Positions 36,641 to 48,658 of a DNA stretch of 64,000 nt are shown one piece after another. Positions within the stretch are counted from its first letter, which is position 1. Each line of letters begins with the position of its first letter. The notes below the pieces were generated by a model. That model was not told where the DNA came from. It searched no databases and saw only the letters and a list, made by a program, of their open reading frames with translations. The position numbers and the translations under genes were made by a program. Origin of the DNA: Vicugna vicugna (taxonomy: Eukaryota). The stretch covers positions 2,108,001-2,172,000 of the forward strand of contig MU058636.1 in the NCBI GenBank assembly GCA_013265495.1, in the 5' to 3' direction.

Positions 36641-37036
36641 ACTCAGTAATCAAGTCCTACATGGAGAACAAGGCCACCCACCTTGTTGCCTTCAAACGCA
36701 AAGAAGGTAGCTGAACAGGTAACACGAGCATAACCAAACTAAAGCAGATGGTGTCTGTATTAAGATCATTCGAAATGAAGACATGCATGTGTAAGATTTG
36801 ATCAATTTTTTTCTTTTTAAAGCATCCCTACCCCTGGGGCCTGATAATAGATGTTTGAGTGTATTTTTCACTCATTCAACAGAGAAACAAGCCGCTAGGT
36901 CTGAGACCTGCTGAGATCTGCCTGGCTCCCGAGCTGTCAGCTCTGGCCGCGTCTAAGGAAGCTCGGGGGCGTGAACGAAGTATGTGCGAGAGGGGCTTTT
37001 CTACATGCCTGCCAGAGCCCGGTTAGGTCAGGGAAT

Positions 37037-37904
37037 TTTGTTCTAAACTGAGGTATAAGTGACAACATTATATTGGTTTCATGTGTACAACATAAAGATT
37101 CAACATTTGTATATATTGCAATATGATGACCACAGTAAGTCTAGTTAACATCCATCAAAATATGTAGTTAAAATTTTTTTCCTGTGATGAGAAATTTTAA
37201 GACCTATTCTCTTAGCAACTTTTAAATATGGATTTTAGTATTATGATTGTCCCAGTGCTGTACATGATATCCCAATGGCTTATTTATTTTTTACCTGGAA
37301 GTTTGCACCTTTTGGCCCCTCTTCACCCATGTATCTACCCCCGTACCTCCTGCCTCTGGCAACCACCAATCTGTGAGCTTGGTTTTTTGTTTTTTTAGTT
37401 CACATATAAGGGAGGTCATACGGTGTTTGTCTTTCTCTGCCTGACTTACTTCATTTAGCATAATGCCCTTAAGGTCTGTCCGTGTTGTCACAACTGGCAA
37501 GATTTCATTCTTTTTTATGGCCAAATTATATTAGATTGTGTATCTCTACCACATTTTCTTTATCCATTCATCCATCAATGGACACTGAGGTTGTTTCCAT
37601 ATCTTGGCTACTGTAAGTAATGCAGCAATGAACATGTGGGTGCAGATACCTTTTGAGTTAGTGTTTTTGTTTTCCTCAAGGGTTTCTACCCAGAAATGGA
37701 ATTGCTGGATCACATTGTGGTTCTGCTTTTAACTTTTTAAGGAACCTCCATACTGCTATCCACAGTGGCTGTATAATAACACCAATTATGTTGCCACCAA
37801 CAGGGGATGGGGGGTTCTGCACATCCTCACCCACATCTATTACTTCTTGTCTGTTTGACGACAGCCATTCTGACAGCTCATGGTGGTTTTGATCTGCATT
37901 TCTC
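37037..37904 (-). mobile_element. L1 (L1MA-like) 3' fragment with degenerate ORF2 C-terminus
   Basis: ORF 37291-37524 resembles the ORF2 end (AIKKNEILP...LKGIMLNEVSQAEKDK); TSD aggtcagggaat 37025-37036 / 37905-37916. Confidence 0.88.
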
Positions 37905-38071
37905 AGGTCAGGGAATCTGATATACTGTGTGTGTTTTTCTACCCCAACTGAGTGAGGCTTTGTCCTTGCAAAGACAGAGGGGAAAACAAGACATGAGGTG
38001 AAATGGGAACATTTGATTTTAGCCTACACTCTTGTACTACCATTTGCTTGTTTACATCCCACTTGATAAAT

Positions 38072-38233
38072 GCCAGAGATTCTCAGTCCTGGTTATGCTA
38101 GAATCTCCCAGGGAGCTTCTGTGAACCCTGGGCTCCACCTTAAAGCTTCTGTGATCTTTTATTTATAAATAGTTGGTAGAGTAGTAATAATTGGTGGAGC
38201 ACACTAACAGGCAGCCAGGGCCGAGAGCCACTG
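38072..38233. mobile_element. MER5A-like DNA transposon remnant
   Basis: cagagattctca...tagaatctcccagggagctt...gcagccagggccgagagccactg. Confidence 0.5.
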
Positions 38234-38486
38234 ATGGGGGCCAGTCGGATGTTCAGGAGGCTGGTTCCACCTCTTCCACTGGGACCAAGTGCCCGTTCCC
38301 TTGGAACCGGTGGTCAGCTGGTGAGTACAGCAGTTTGTGAAGTCTGAAGACATACTGCCTTTCTTCTCTCAGAATTTTTGTTTCAGCTTTTGAATTACTT
38401 CCGGCTCCCATTAACCCAGAACTGGAAGCTGAGTGCGTGTTTTTGGTTTAAATATCCCAATACTTTTTTTTTTATACAAACAATAC

Positions 38487-38601
38487 CTTATTCTTTCCTT
38501 CTATTACTGTCGTGCGCTGAGTGATGCTCTCAATTCTGTTTCCTACGTTGCTGTCAGCATCCAGGATAAGGGACTCTTCATTACTTGAGCAAAAGTCATA
38601 C
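38487..38601 (-). CDS. FLT1: FLT1 exon 11 (115 bp), Ig-like domain 5; not in the ORF track
   Basis: ttctttaaaaatag|GTATGAC...GAATAAG|gtattg; YDFCSSNEESLILDADSNVGNRIESITQRTTVIEGKNK; phases fit exons 10 and 12. Confidence 0.96.
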
Positions 38602-41600
38602 CTATTTTTAAAGAAAGGAAGTCATCACTATGTTGCTTTGCAGCCTGGTCCAGCCCATGGTAATGCATGAAAAGAAAATCATTAAGTCCTCAGATAACAG
38701 AGTCACACATTTTCTTCTTTTCCTTAGATTCCTCCCCCCTACTAATACCTATCCTCAAAACTTAAAAGTAGCAAACAGATTTTACCTGATCTGGGGAAAA
38801 AACCCTACACCAGTGTCTCTCCATCCATACCTTCCTGTTCTAAATGTTAAATATTAAATAAAAATGCATATTCAAAAATTTAGCGTTTTGATTTTAATTA
38901 GTTCCTAGTGGAGGAGACATGCAAACACAGGGAAAAGAACGAAGTTACGTTAACAAATAGAAACCTCAGGGAAATAAGCATTTTACATCTATAAAAGGCT
39001 GGCCTTTAATGAGAAGACTCCATATTACAGCTAATTTTTTCCAGGGCTAATTAAGTGTGTATGGAAACGCACATCACGGAGCAGTTATTATATTCAGTCT
39101 ATTTCTTTTTGGGTTTTGGGGGCCATGGCAAACTCTGCAACGTCTCAAGCCTCAAGTATTATAAGTGTGTGAGGTTATCTTTAAGATCTTTTTTCCTTCT
39201 AAAAGTCTACAAAGTCTTACTAAAGCAGCTGGGGGGGGTACCAGACCTACATCTGGACCTTAGCATTGTCTTTCCAACGCCTTATCATCAGCAGATTTCT
39301 GTCCTCAGACAGTTTACTCCCCAGGTTATTGGTGTAAATCTCTGTGGATTGTTTATTATGTCCGACGTACCCGAGGTTATGCAGGAGTCAAAAATCCAAG
39401 CAACGAAAAAGACACTCAAGTCCACTCTAACCCAGGCGGGGCAGTAGTACCTTGACTGGCCTCGCTGTGCTATGGCTTTCCCCAAGTCAACACCCACAGA
39501 ACTGCCAGGCCAACCCTCTGACGGCCTGGGTTCTAGGGGAATCCTTTTTGCTCCAGAAGCTTCCACAACTGCCCTGAAGAAAGCCTGGGCTCCTGTGACT
39601 GACAGGGCCGCCCGCAGGTCAGTCCCGACCGGCCGTTCCCGCCTCGCCCGTACAGGCACCCCTGGTCCCAGGTAAACCGCAGTTTGGTTCAGCTCCTCCC
39701 AAGAAGGCCTGCGTTGTAGTCTCACCCCGACTTCTCCTAGCTGTATGAGTTTCCTGCTCTTAAAAACAAGACCAAAATGCCACCTGCCCTGTTAGCCTCA
39801 TGGGATTAGACAAGCACTAAATGGCTTAATTTGCTCGGAGCAGCTTTGTGACTTACAGGCACTGTAGAAAAGTGAGAGACTATTCTTCCTGTGTCACAAA
39901 GGGCTGCAGTTGACCTCCATCCTCACTCACCAGCGTTCCATAAACATTTGTAGACATACAGGCCTGGGGCTCTGATACATATTGTTTCTAGTAGGAATTT
40001 TCATTGCTTTTCATTATTTTCAGACATATTGATGAGCAGAGACATAGCATCACCCATCACCCAGACTTAATAATTACCATGACTTTGCCAACTTTGTTTC
40101 ATCTACCCCAATTTTTAAATTATTTTTGTGAACTATTGAAAGTATGTCATTTTAGCCCCATTTTAGTGCATGTGCCTAAAAATTATACACTTTTTCTAAT
40201 TCAATGACAACCCCATTATCATACCTAATAGCATAAGCAGTAATTCCCTGGTGCTGTCTGGACCTGATCCATACATCAGATTCCTCCGAATGTTTTTAAA
40301 ATGTCTGTTTTTTACAGTTTAGAGTATAAGATTGAAAAAAAAAAAAAAGGACTAACCATTCCTTAAGGAATTTCTGTGATTTTGACCAGCAGTTCCTTAT
40401 AATCATCAGGTGAGATAAATGAACAGCCTACCTCACCGATTAGTAGAGAAAACAGAACCAAAGAGAATGACATACTTTCTCCTTTACTGGACGTACTTCA
40501 ATGATAAAGTTTTAAAGTCATGAGACAGGTCATTTTGCCTTATTTTTTTACCACCAGTATCCTCCATTCTCTAGACGAGAACACCTGTTTTGAACTCCTG
40601 TTTGATCTCACATCTTTCACGCTCGCAGGGGCCCGTGTGCACAGAGGTAATGGACGTGAACGCCTCGAGTCGTACTTGGTACTGTGACGCCTACGAGCTG
40701 AAGCTCTCTGCACCGGAAAGAGCAGCTTTTAATTTCATCCTTTTTTCCTCCAAGAAGTAGAAAAGAGAAGGGAGGCCTTAGACAAAGCTCTTAATTTCAT
40801 GCTCTTGGTTGTCAGGAAATGCAAAGAAATTCGCTGGAGTAAAGCAAGTCGAGGCATTTCCCGAGGGAAACGCAGTCGGCTGCCCAAGTTCACTCGGGGC
40901 CGTGGCCGCCAACCTCCACCCGCCACCCATCCCCCACCCCCGCACCCCCCGCCTGCCCATCACTCTAAGGGCAGCTACTGACTTGCACAAGCTCTGGTAG
41001 AGAGACTACAGGCCAGACTGCCTGCTAGCTCCTCCAAACGAAAAGGACAGATTCTGTGGCTCTTTTCCAACTTGGGGCCTGTTATTTTTCCCTCTTTGTC
41101 ATTGGAACCGTAAAAATAGAATGTCATTTAGGAGCCTGACTATATAACAGCACTTGAAAAGAGATTTAGGGGGAGGGGGATTTGCCGCAGCCTTAAGAAT
41201 ACATCAAGCTCTTAAGGAAGTAGATTGTGCCATGTTTGAAGATGCAAAGATAATCACTGTGCTGGGAACCGTCTTGAGGGGGGAGGAAATCGAACAACAA
41301 GAGGAAAGCGGCGTTCGCTCCTGATTTCGCACAGGAAGCCCTCAGCACCTCCTGCCAAAGGGAGATAAGAAAGCTCCCAGGCACTGTTCTGGACAAGGCC
41401 ACCGTTATCAACCTCAGCTCCTCGCCGTCCTCTCGGGGCTCCAGGCCCCGGGCCTGTCCTGATGAGCTTTAGGACTCCTACCTCCATTTGCATGCCGCGC
41501 GCCAAGGACAATATCGTGGAGGTATTTATAACCTTGGAGAGGCGGGGCAAGGTTTCTGGGGTAAGAGTGTACTCCGTGTCATCTCAGCTGCCCCAGAGTG

Positions 41601-42019
41601 GAAACAAATTCGTTTCAGACTAGAGATTGATGAAAATAAATGAAAAGACTGCAGCCAATGACGCCTCCAACACACGGAGCTGGGACCCTCCACATGACAC
41701 AGCAGTCCGTCGAATGCCACGTGGGAGACACCTGTGAGGCTCTCCCTTCTGGTCAATGCCACCAGACACATGGTGGGGAAGCACCTCCCTCCGTGGGTGA
41801 AGAGGATGTTACTGACCGTGTTACACGCTCTGGGTTTTTTTCCTGTCGCGCTAATGGATTCGCCCTGTTCCCTCCATGCTCATAAATATCTGACTCCTCG
41901 GTGGCCAAAGATGAAGGCAGACCGGGGCCAGAGCAAAGGCAGAGCCAACCCTGGGACTCAAGCTACAATCTTGACAATCTTGACTATCTTGACTGCCGGT
42001 TCCAGCCAGCAAGCCACAG

Positions 42020-42255
42020 GTTGTAATATTTATACCAAACACTATGTGATAATACACTCTACTGTCATTTTCTACTGTGCTAAGTGACTCATACACACTG
42101 TCTCACTGATCTGTACAACATCCTGAAAAGTAGGCACTGTCACCCCCTGTTTAACCGATAAGGACACTGAGGATTAGAGAGGTTAAGGAAGTTAACCTAA
42201 AGGCTAAACAGCTAGTCAGTGAGCAGCAGAGGCAGAACCCGCCATCCTGGAGTCT
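42020..42255 (-). mobile_element. MIR
   Basis: gataaggacactgaggattagagaggttaag...aaggctaaacagctagt...ggcagaaccc; similar MIR remnants near 1880, 4470, 16900, 43310, 52650. Confidence 0.65.
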
Positions 42256-43632
42256 GCGCACGGAACCTGCACACCGCGTGTGATGTGACACCCGTGGTCT
42301 CGCGTCTTCTGAAAACAAACTGTTCTACGTTAGCGCTTCTTTGTATGTGGGAAGAAAAGGCTTTTCAGGTGTTCACTACACACATCCCATTCCTGCACTG
42401 GGGATGAAATGTCTTTTTTTTTTTCAGCCATTTTTACATAATATGATCAGCTTCTTCCCAAATTTGGCAAACAGCTCCCATCAGACACAACCAGAACGTA
42501 CTGAGTGCCCACTGTGTGTGTGATCTGCCATGACAGTTCACATCTGTCACCCCAAGGTTTCTAAACTCAGTTCCCATGCACCCTCATGAATCCAGCAAAG
42601 GAAACACAACGCAGACTGCGCCCCCACAGGTACCCTCCGGGCCCACCTGTGCTTTCCTTAGGTGTTGGCTTTGAACCATTCCGATTCAGATGTCCTTGAA
42701 CCCTCCTGCCTTCCGTTCCCCTCCCCCAGCCTAAAATGCGAGCTAGAACTTTCTTTAAAGGATGGATTGTTGTATCTGGGGGGACCAGAAGGGAGAGGTG
42801 AGCTTTAGCCACTCACGGTTCAGACCTGTGTTTTCTTTGGAGGGATTCTCATATGACAAAACAGCAGACTCTCTGAAGAGCCAGAGGAGGGATGGTTCAA
42901 CCCTTCATTCAGCCCTTCTAGAAATTGCCCGGTTTAGTACTGTTATGTGCCTGTTACAGTACCCAAGACTCGTGTAGTTGCCCCGTGTGAAATTCTCATT
43001 TCACAAGTGGTTTCTAGCATGTTTAATAACCACCCCGACACTGGAAGGTCTACTTTACAACCAGAATCTTGCCTAAGAGTTTTGTGGTTTTCTTTTAGGG
43101 TCTCCTTCCACCCTATGATAAATGATGTTAAGCTGACCTTTCTTTCAAAATCTCTCTTCTGCTAAATCGGACTCTTGGTTGGCTGAAGGGGTATCAGTTG
43201 TTGCTGGGCAGCTGGGGGAGCAGCTGTACACACTGAAGCTCAGCTAATGCTCAGCTACGCAGTGAAGCAGGCATCACAGGCCTCATCTCACAGATCCTTT
43301 TACCAATAAGGAAACTGAGACTCAGAAACATCAAACGTCTTGCTCAGATTCAGGGAGAAAGTAGCAGACCTGGGGTTAGAACCCAGTATTCCTCTTTCCA
43401 CCACGCCAGAACTCAGTCCGTCACACAGGATGAATTCGTTCCCAAGGAGCACTGCCCCCCCCCCGCAAAAAAACCTTTACCACCATGCCTCAGAGTCTCG
43501 TTTTAGAGAGGAAACTCTGGGGTCCTCTGAATCCAGCAGGTACAAAGTCAGACACCCAGAGAAGTGAAACACTAGCTTTCAGGGCAGAAGTAGCGCCCAG
43601 TCCTCTGAGGCAGAGGACAACTCAATAGTCAC

Positions 43633-43803
43633 ATTTTTAAAATTGAAGTACAGTTGATTTACAAAGTTGTGTTAGTTTCTGGTGTACAGCGTAGTCATTC
43701 AGCTATATACATATTCCTTTTCATATTTTTCATTATAGGCTGTTATAAGATACTGAATATAGTTCCCTGTGCTCTGCAGTAGGACCTTGTTATTTATCTT
43801 ATC
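43633..43803 (-). mobile_element. L1 3' end
   Basis: ttgaagtacagttgatttaca...tgaatatagttccctgtgct...gtaggaccttgtt. Confidence 0.85.
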
Positions 43804-44438
43804 ATTACATTTTTTACATACATTCTGGTTAGTTTTAGTTACCAAGATGTTTTAATGCTAAAATATAGAAAATTTTGGCCTTCTTATAGGCTTGATGAAT
43901 TTCATTATATTAAAAAATCTTGCAAAAATTTTGAAACTCCAACTTTTATCAACTTTCTTCCCCCTGATAACATAACACTTTTGTCTGCATGATTCCAGAA
44001 CATGTTTGGGATGAAGCTGGCCTGTTTTATGAAGAACACCACTACCTTTACAGCAGGTAGCTGGCTTTCAAGAGGGCCTGTGGGATGGGGCCGGGGGACC
44101 ACAGTGGGAGCTGAGCATCCCCCCACCCATGGCTGCCTCCTGGGAGTCTGAGCCGTTGCCCAGGAATGAACGTATATATTAATTTATAGTTAAAGTGTAT
44201 TTAACTTGGGGAAGGAAAAAAGAGGCTCTAGAAAGCTCTGCAAAGTCCCAAGACAGAGTCATCTCCCCCTCTCTTTTTTTCTTTTTTGGATGATGAAAGG
44301 TGAGGGTTTCTTGCGTGGATTCTGCTTCTCTGTTTAATGGGATTTGACTGCACATGCTGGGACGAGAATCCATGTGTAAAGAATGTGGAATCATTCTAAG
44401 TTAGGAAACAAAGGGGTAGAGCAGTCAGAGTCAGTCGA

Positions 44439-44554
44439 GGAGGGAGGGTAGAGCTCAGTGGTAGAGTGTGTGCTTAGCATGCATGAGGTTGTGGGTTCAA
44501 TCCCCAGTACCTCTGCTACAAATAAATATCTAATTCCCCTACTCCCCCAAAAAA
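44439..44554 (+). mobile_element. Vic-1-like SINE
   Basis: gggagggtagagctcagtggtagagtgtgtgcttagcatgcatgagg...ttcaatccccagtacctc; TSD agagtcagtc/agagtaagtc. Confidence 0.88.
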
Positions 44555-47500
44555 GAGTAAGTCAAGGCTGTAAATGTCTTTTTAAAAAGTGGAAAGAAGG
44601 AAAAATACATCAGAGAACTGGCAGCCTGCCAGAGGGCAGGGCCAGGGCCGGCTCCCCATCGGCCCGCCAGCCTGCAGAAGGGCCTCATGTAAACTTCCCG
44701 CTGCTGCTAGAGGTGTTGTCAACACGTTAGTGACAGTGTGTCCGAGCCATCAGATTAACAGAATTGGCCAGCACTATCTTTTCCCCTTCTCTCACGTTCT
44801 CTTCAAACAAATCAAACAATACAGGGGAGAGGATGCTGGCAGAGAAAGACACAGCGTGGGGGAGGAGTGTTCAGACAGAAGGGTTCCTGCTCCTTCTGCT
44901 GCAGGAAAAGGGCCTGGGCCTTCGGGGTGGCCAGCGGGTCAGGCTGGGGAGGTTCTGGAGAGGTGACTTTCCTGCGGCTGTGAGAGACCCTCGGACGCCC
45001 TGGATGGAGCCCACAATGAAAATGACTCCTCGTCTGAATGGAGCTGGGAGCAGGGAAGACTTCGGGGACTGACGGCTGTGGGTCGGCTCCTCGGACAATG
45101 GTGGAGTCCTGGCCACCTCCGTTTAGATAAGAGCTTTTCCGCGAGCATCTTGGCCTGCCTTGCTTCCTGCTCTCGAAGGCCCTGGGCTCCATTCACCCTC
45201 AGAGCAAGGCCTGTCTTCCCAGCCTCTGTTCTCCTGCCTCCTCGCTCTCCTGCTCATTTCCACCAAAAGCCCCAGGGATCCCCCACCCCTGACGCTGACT
45301 CTCTCTCCTTTAGGGCCTCTGAGCCAGGGGCCAAGGCATCCTGACAGAGCTACGCCGGGGCGACCGCGAGGCTGAAGGGTGGACACATGCTCGGCTGCAC
45401 CCAGACAGGGGCCTCCGAGAGGCCATCTATTTTCTTCATTCATTTTCCTTCCTAGTGAAAGACTGGCCAGCTGAGGAAGGGGGATTCAATAAATGAAAAA
45501 TCTTAAGGGAAATGGTAGGAGTGGCTACAAATAACATCCTTTCCTCTGACACATTCGGGGAGTCTTAAGGTATCAACTCCCATCACTCAGTGAAGACTAT
45601 TTCAAGCTGTTGTGACATTTTATTCTCATAAAAAGGAAGAGAGCAGATTACTTCCTACATAGCGGTCAAGACTGAAATCTCCAGGAGGACGGCGGGGGCG
45701 GGGCATCACACCCAGCACGGATCCTACAGCTAGTCCGACCTGAGCTCAAACCACGGTTTTGCAACTTTCCGGTTACGAAACCCTGGACAGCAAGAGGGGG
45801 AGAATCATCCTCCTAGGAAATTGCTCAGAGGACTGGGGGTCTTTTCCATCCCTTGAATAGTTCTGAAATTGCCGGCCCACACAGTCCCTTTTAATAAATC
45901 CTGCTTTGGAGTCACGCCACCAGTCACCACGGAAGGAGGCTGTGGCGACCAGTCCCGTGACGCTCCCTGTAGCAGAAGCGCGGTCGAGGGGGTTATCTAC
46001 TGCAGCCCACAGAGTGCGAGAGAAGTCATTTCTCTCAGATCTCAGTTCCCTGAAAAGCTGTAGTTCTTTTGGTCGGTTTTTATCTTATGAGCCCCTTAAT
46101 CTTGCAAATGTCTATTTCATTCCTCTTGCCCTCTCTCGACAACAAGTAAAGCACGTGGACCATACCTCTGTCCTGGTCTTGGCCCATGTCCTTCTCCTTT
46201 CATCCAAATTTGCTAAATTATTCATCATCCTTTTTGTGAACCATCATGAATTCTTTGCACACGGATGTGGCCTTAACATCACCAACTGAAAAGAAGCAAC
46301 CCCGCGTTGCCACGCCTTACTGGTTTTCTCATAGGGGCTCAAAAACAAACAGAAGGGAAATCCTCAGCACATGAAAGGGTGATATTAAGTGAATGACTTG
46401 TGAGACCTGGAACATGGCGGTCAGGTCATTAACGTTAGTGGTCATTTCATCGCCGGACTGGATTGAGAGCTACTTAAGAGCGGGGACTGTGTCTTATTCA
46501 TCATCCTAACCTCAGGGCTTAGCCCAGCTACCTGGGGGACCGCAGAAGAGCACAGGTGTCTCGCTCAGTGACAGCTCAGTGGACCCTGACTAGCTGTGGA
46601 CTCAACCTCGTGTGTCAACCCTCCCATCCATCACTTACCTCAGACGTGTTGAAAAAGGGGGCACTGCTGACCCTCCAGTGACCTCACACATAACCCCTCA
46701 ACCAAGCGCCATGTCACCACCTTCAGGGCTGCCTGCTCCCAAGGAGGAGCATTAATGACACAAGGCCCTGGCTGTGACCTGGATGAACCCATCACAGCAA
46801 TATCCGTATCTGACAAACTGAGAATCGTGGACAGTTTCAACTCAGGCAGTGACACTGACATGTGGAGAAGAGCCTTCTGGTCTACCAGAAAATGCTCCTC
46901 CCCTTTCTCACGGGTAGGCAATTACCAGCACCATCTTATTCAAACAAAAAATGATTGGTTCACACATATTCTATTTAAGAAGTAAACTCAGATCCTCCAA
47001 AAGAAGTAGAGGAATTAGTTCCTTCTGTTATTAAGAATATGTTTACCAGAGGTAAGTCCAATACATGGGGAACCATCAGAACACAGCTGAGCACGAGCTG
47101 GTAAAGCACGTGGAGCCCGTGGGCCACCCTAGGCTGGACAGGGCTGGGGGCAGTGAACGTCTGAGGGAGGGAGGGAGAATTCACAAACACCAGTAGGCCC
47201 AGGATACTACAGCTCCTCTAATCTCCTGAACAATCTGAAAGCTCTATTTCTGGTCCCACCTTCATTGCTTTGGAGGGAATCAGCCACCGCCAGAAGAACC
47301 GCCCAGAGAGCAAAAGCATCTTTCCCGGGAGAACGTGAACCCAGCAGCACGGACCGCTGTGTCGGGGGTCAGCCTCCCCCGGACACTGGGGTGCAGTGAT
47401 GCCACTTCAGAGGGAAGCAGCTCTGTGGTGGGCAGCCCCAAGCTAAAAACACCGGACCACTTCCAGCAAACTGAACGGCGCCAGCCCCTGGGCTACGTAC

Positions 47501-48125
47501 TTCCTGTATGTTTTCTCATTTAATTCCTCTCAACAACTGTACAACGTCAGTGCTGTTACTTCGACTGTACGGACCAGGAAACCTGGACCCGGAGAGCTGG
47601 TTTCCCTTGCCCCGAGCCGTGTGGCTCACCACACGGCTGGTGAGGGGCAGTGGGTGGCAGAGCTGGGATTCGGGCCCAGGAGCCCGTGCTCGCACGCCCA
47701 AGGCTACATGGCCCTGCTGCAGCCTCACCCTGTAGAGTTGGCCCTTGGTGTCCGCAACACAGGCTTCTCAAAACATACTTGCTTTCTGGATCATGAGCTT
47801 CTGATAAAAAATTACTCATCTGAATTTCTAAGTAGTTGATACAACACTGAGCCTCGCTGTGACAGATGAAGTGCCTGGTCGATGACGTGCTAGGATGCCA
47901 CTCATTTCCCGTCTGACATGCCGACCAGGACTGGGTTCCTGGCAGGGTACCTGGAACTCTCTGTGCCTCATCGAGGAGATGGCTGGAGATGGGAGGGCAG
48001 TAACCCCAGTACCCGCTTCCAGAAGTGCTGTAAGAATTTAGTGAGCTAGCACACACAAAGCCCTTAGCGCCCTCCAGACAGGCGCTTAATAACCTTCAGC
48101 TACGAAAGGAATATAAACAGACGCT

Positions 48126-48223
48126 GGGGAGGATAGAGCTCAGTGGCAGAGTGCGTGCTTAGTGTGCACGAGGTCCTGGGTTCAGTCCCCAGCATCTCCG
48201 TTAGAAAAATAAAAATAAGTAAA
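48126..48223 (+). mobile_element. Vic-1-like SINE
   Basis: ggggaggatagagctcagtggcagagtgcgtgcttag...gaggtcctgggttcagtcccc. Confidence 0.85.
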
Positions 48224-48502
48224 TACAGGTAGAATTACCTCGCTTTACCATCCTCTACTGGCCATAATCTATTCGGCTCTAGGTAGTCTCCAAACACCCA
48301 CTCCCCCGGCCCGCTGAGTCCGCGCAAGTCCGTCCCTCTGCAGGAGGCCAGGGTGGGCCTCCGGGAAACAGCAGAGAGCAGACCACCTGGGCACTGGCCA
48401 GGGAGGGCGGGCTGGAGGAAAATGGCTTGCTCAGCTATGTAGCCCCCACTCAAGAAAGTCCACCTCAGGTCCAAACCCCCCTTTCCAGTTTGGGTTTTTA
48501 CA

Positions 48503-48658
48503 TTTTTATTAAAAAATTTTTTTTTACTTTATTTTTTTAGGGGGGGGGTAATTAGGTTTATTTATTTATTTAATATTAAGTACTGGAGGCACTGGGGATT
48601 GAACCCAGGACCTCATGCATGCTAAGCACGTGCTCTACCACTGAGCTGTACCCTCCCC
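48503..48658 (-). mobile_element. Vic-1-like SINE
   Basis: ggggattgaacccaggacctcatgcatgctaagcacgtgctctaccactgagctgtaccctcccc. Confidence 0.9.

Noticed and set aside
37291..37524. ORF with L1 ORF2-like peptide (also L1-derived ORFs at 8914, 32848, 62734)
   Set aside because: Degenerate, 5'-truncated L1 fragments; not functional genes
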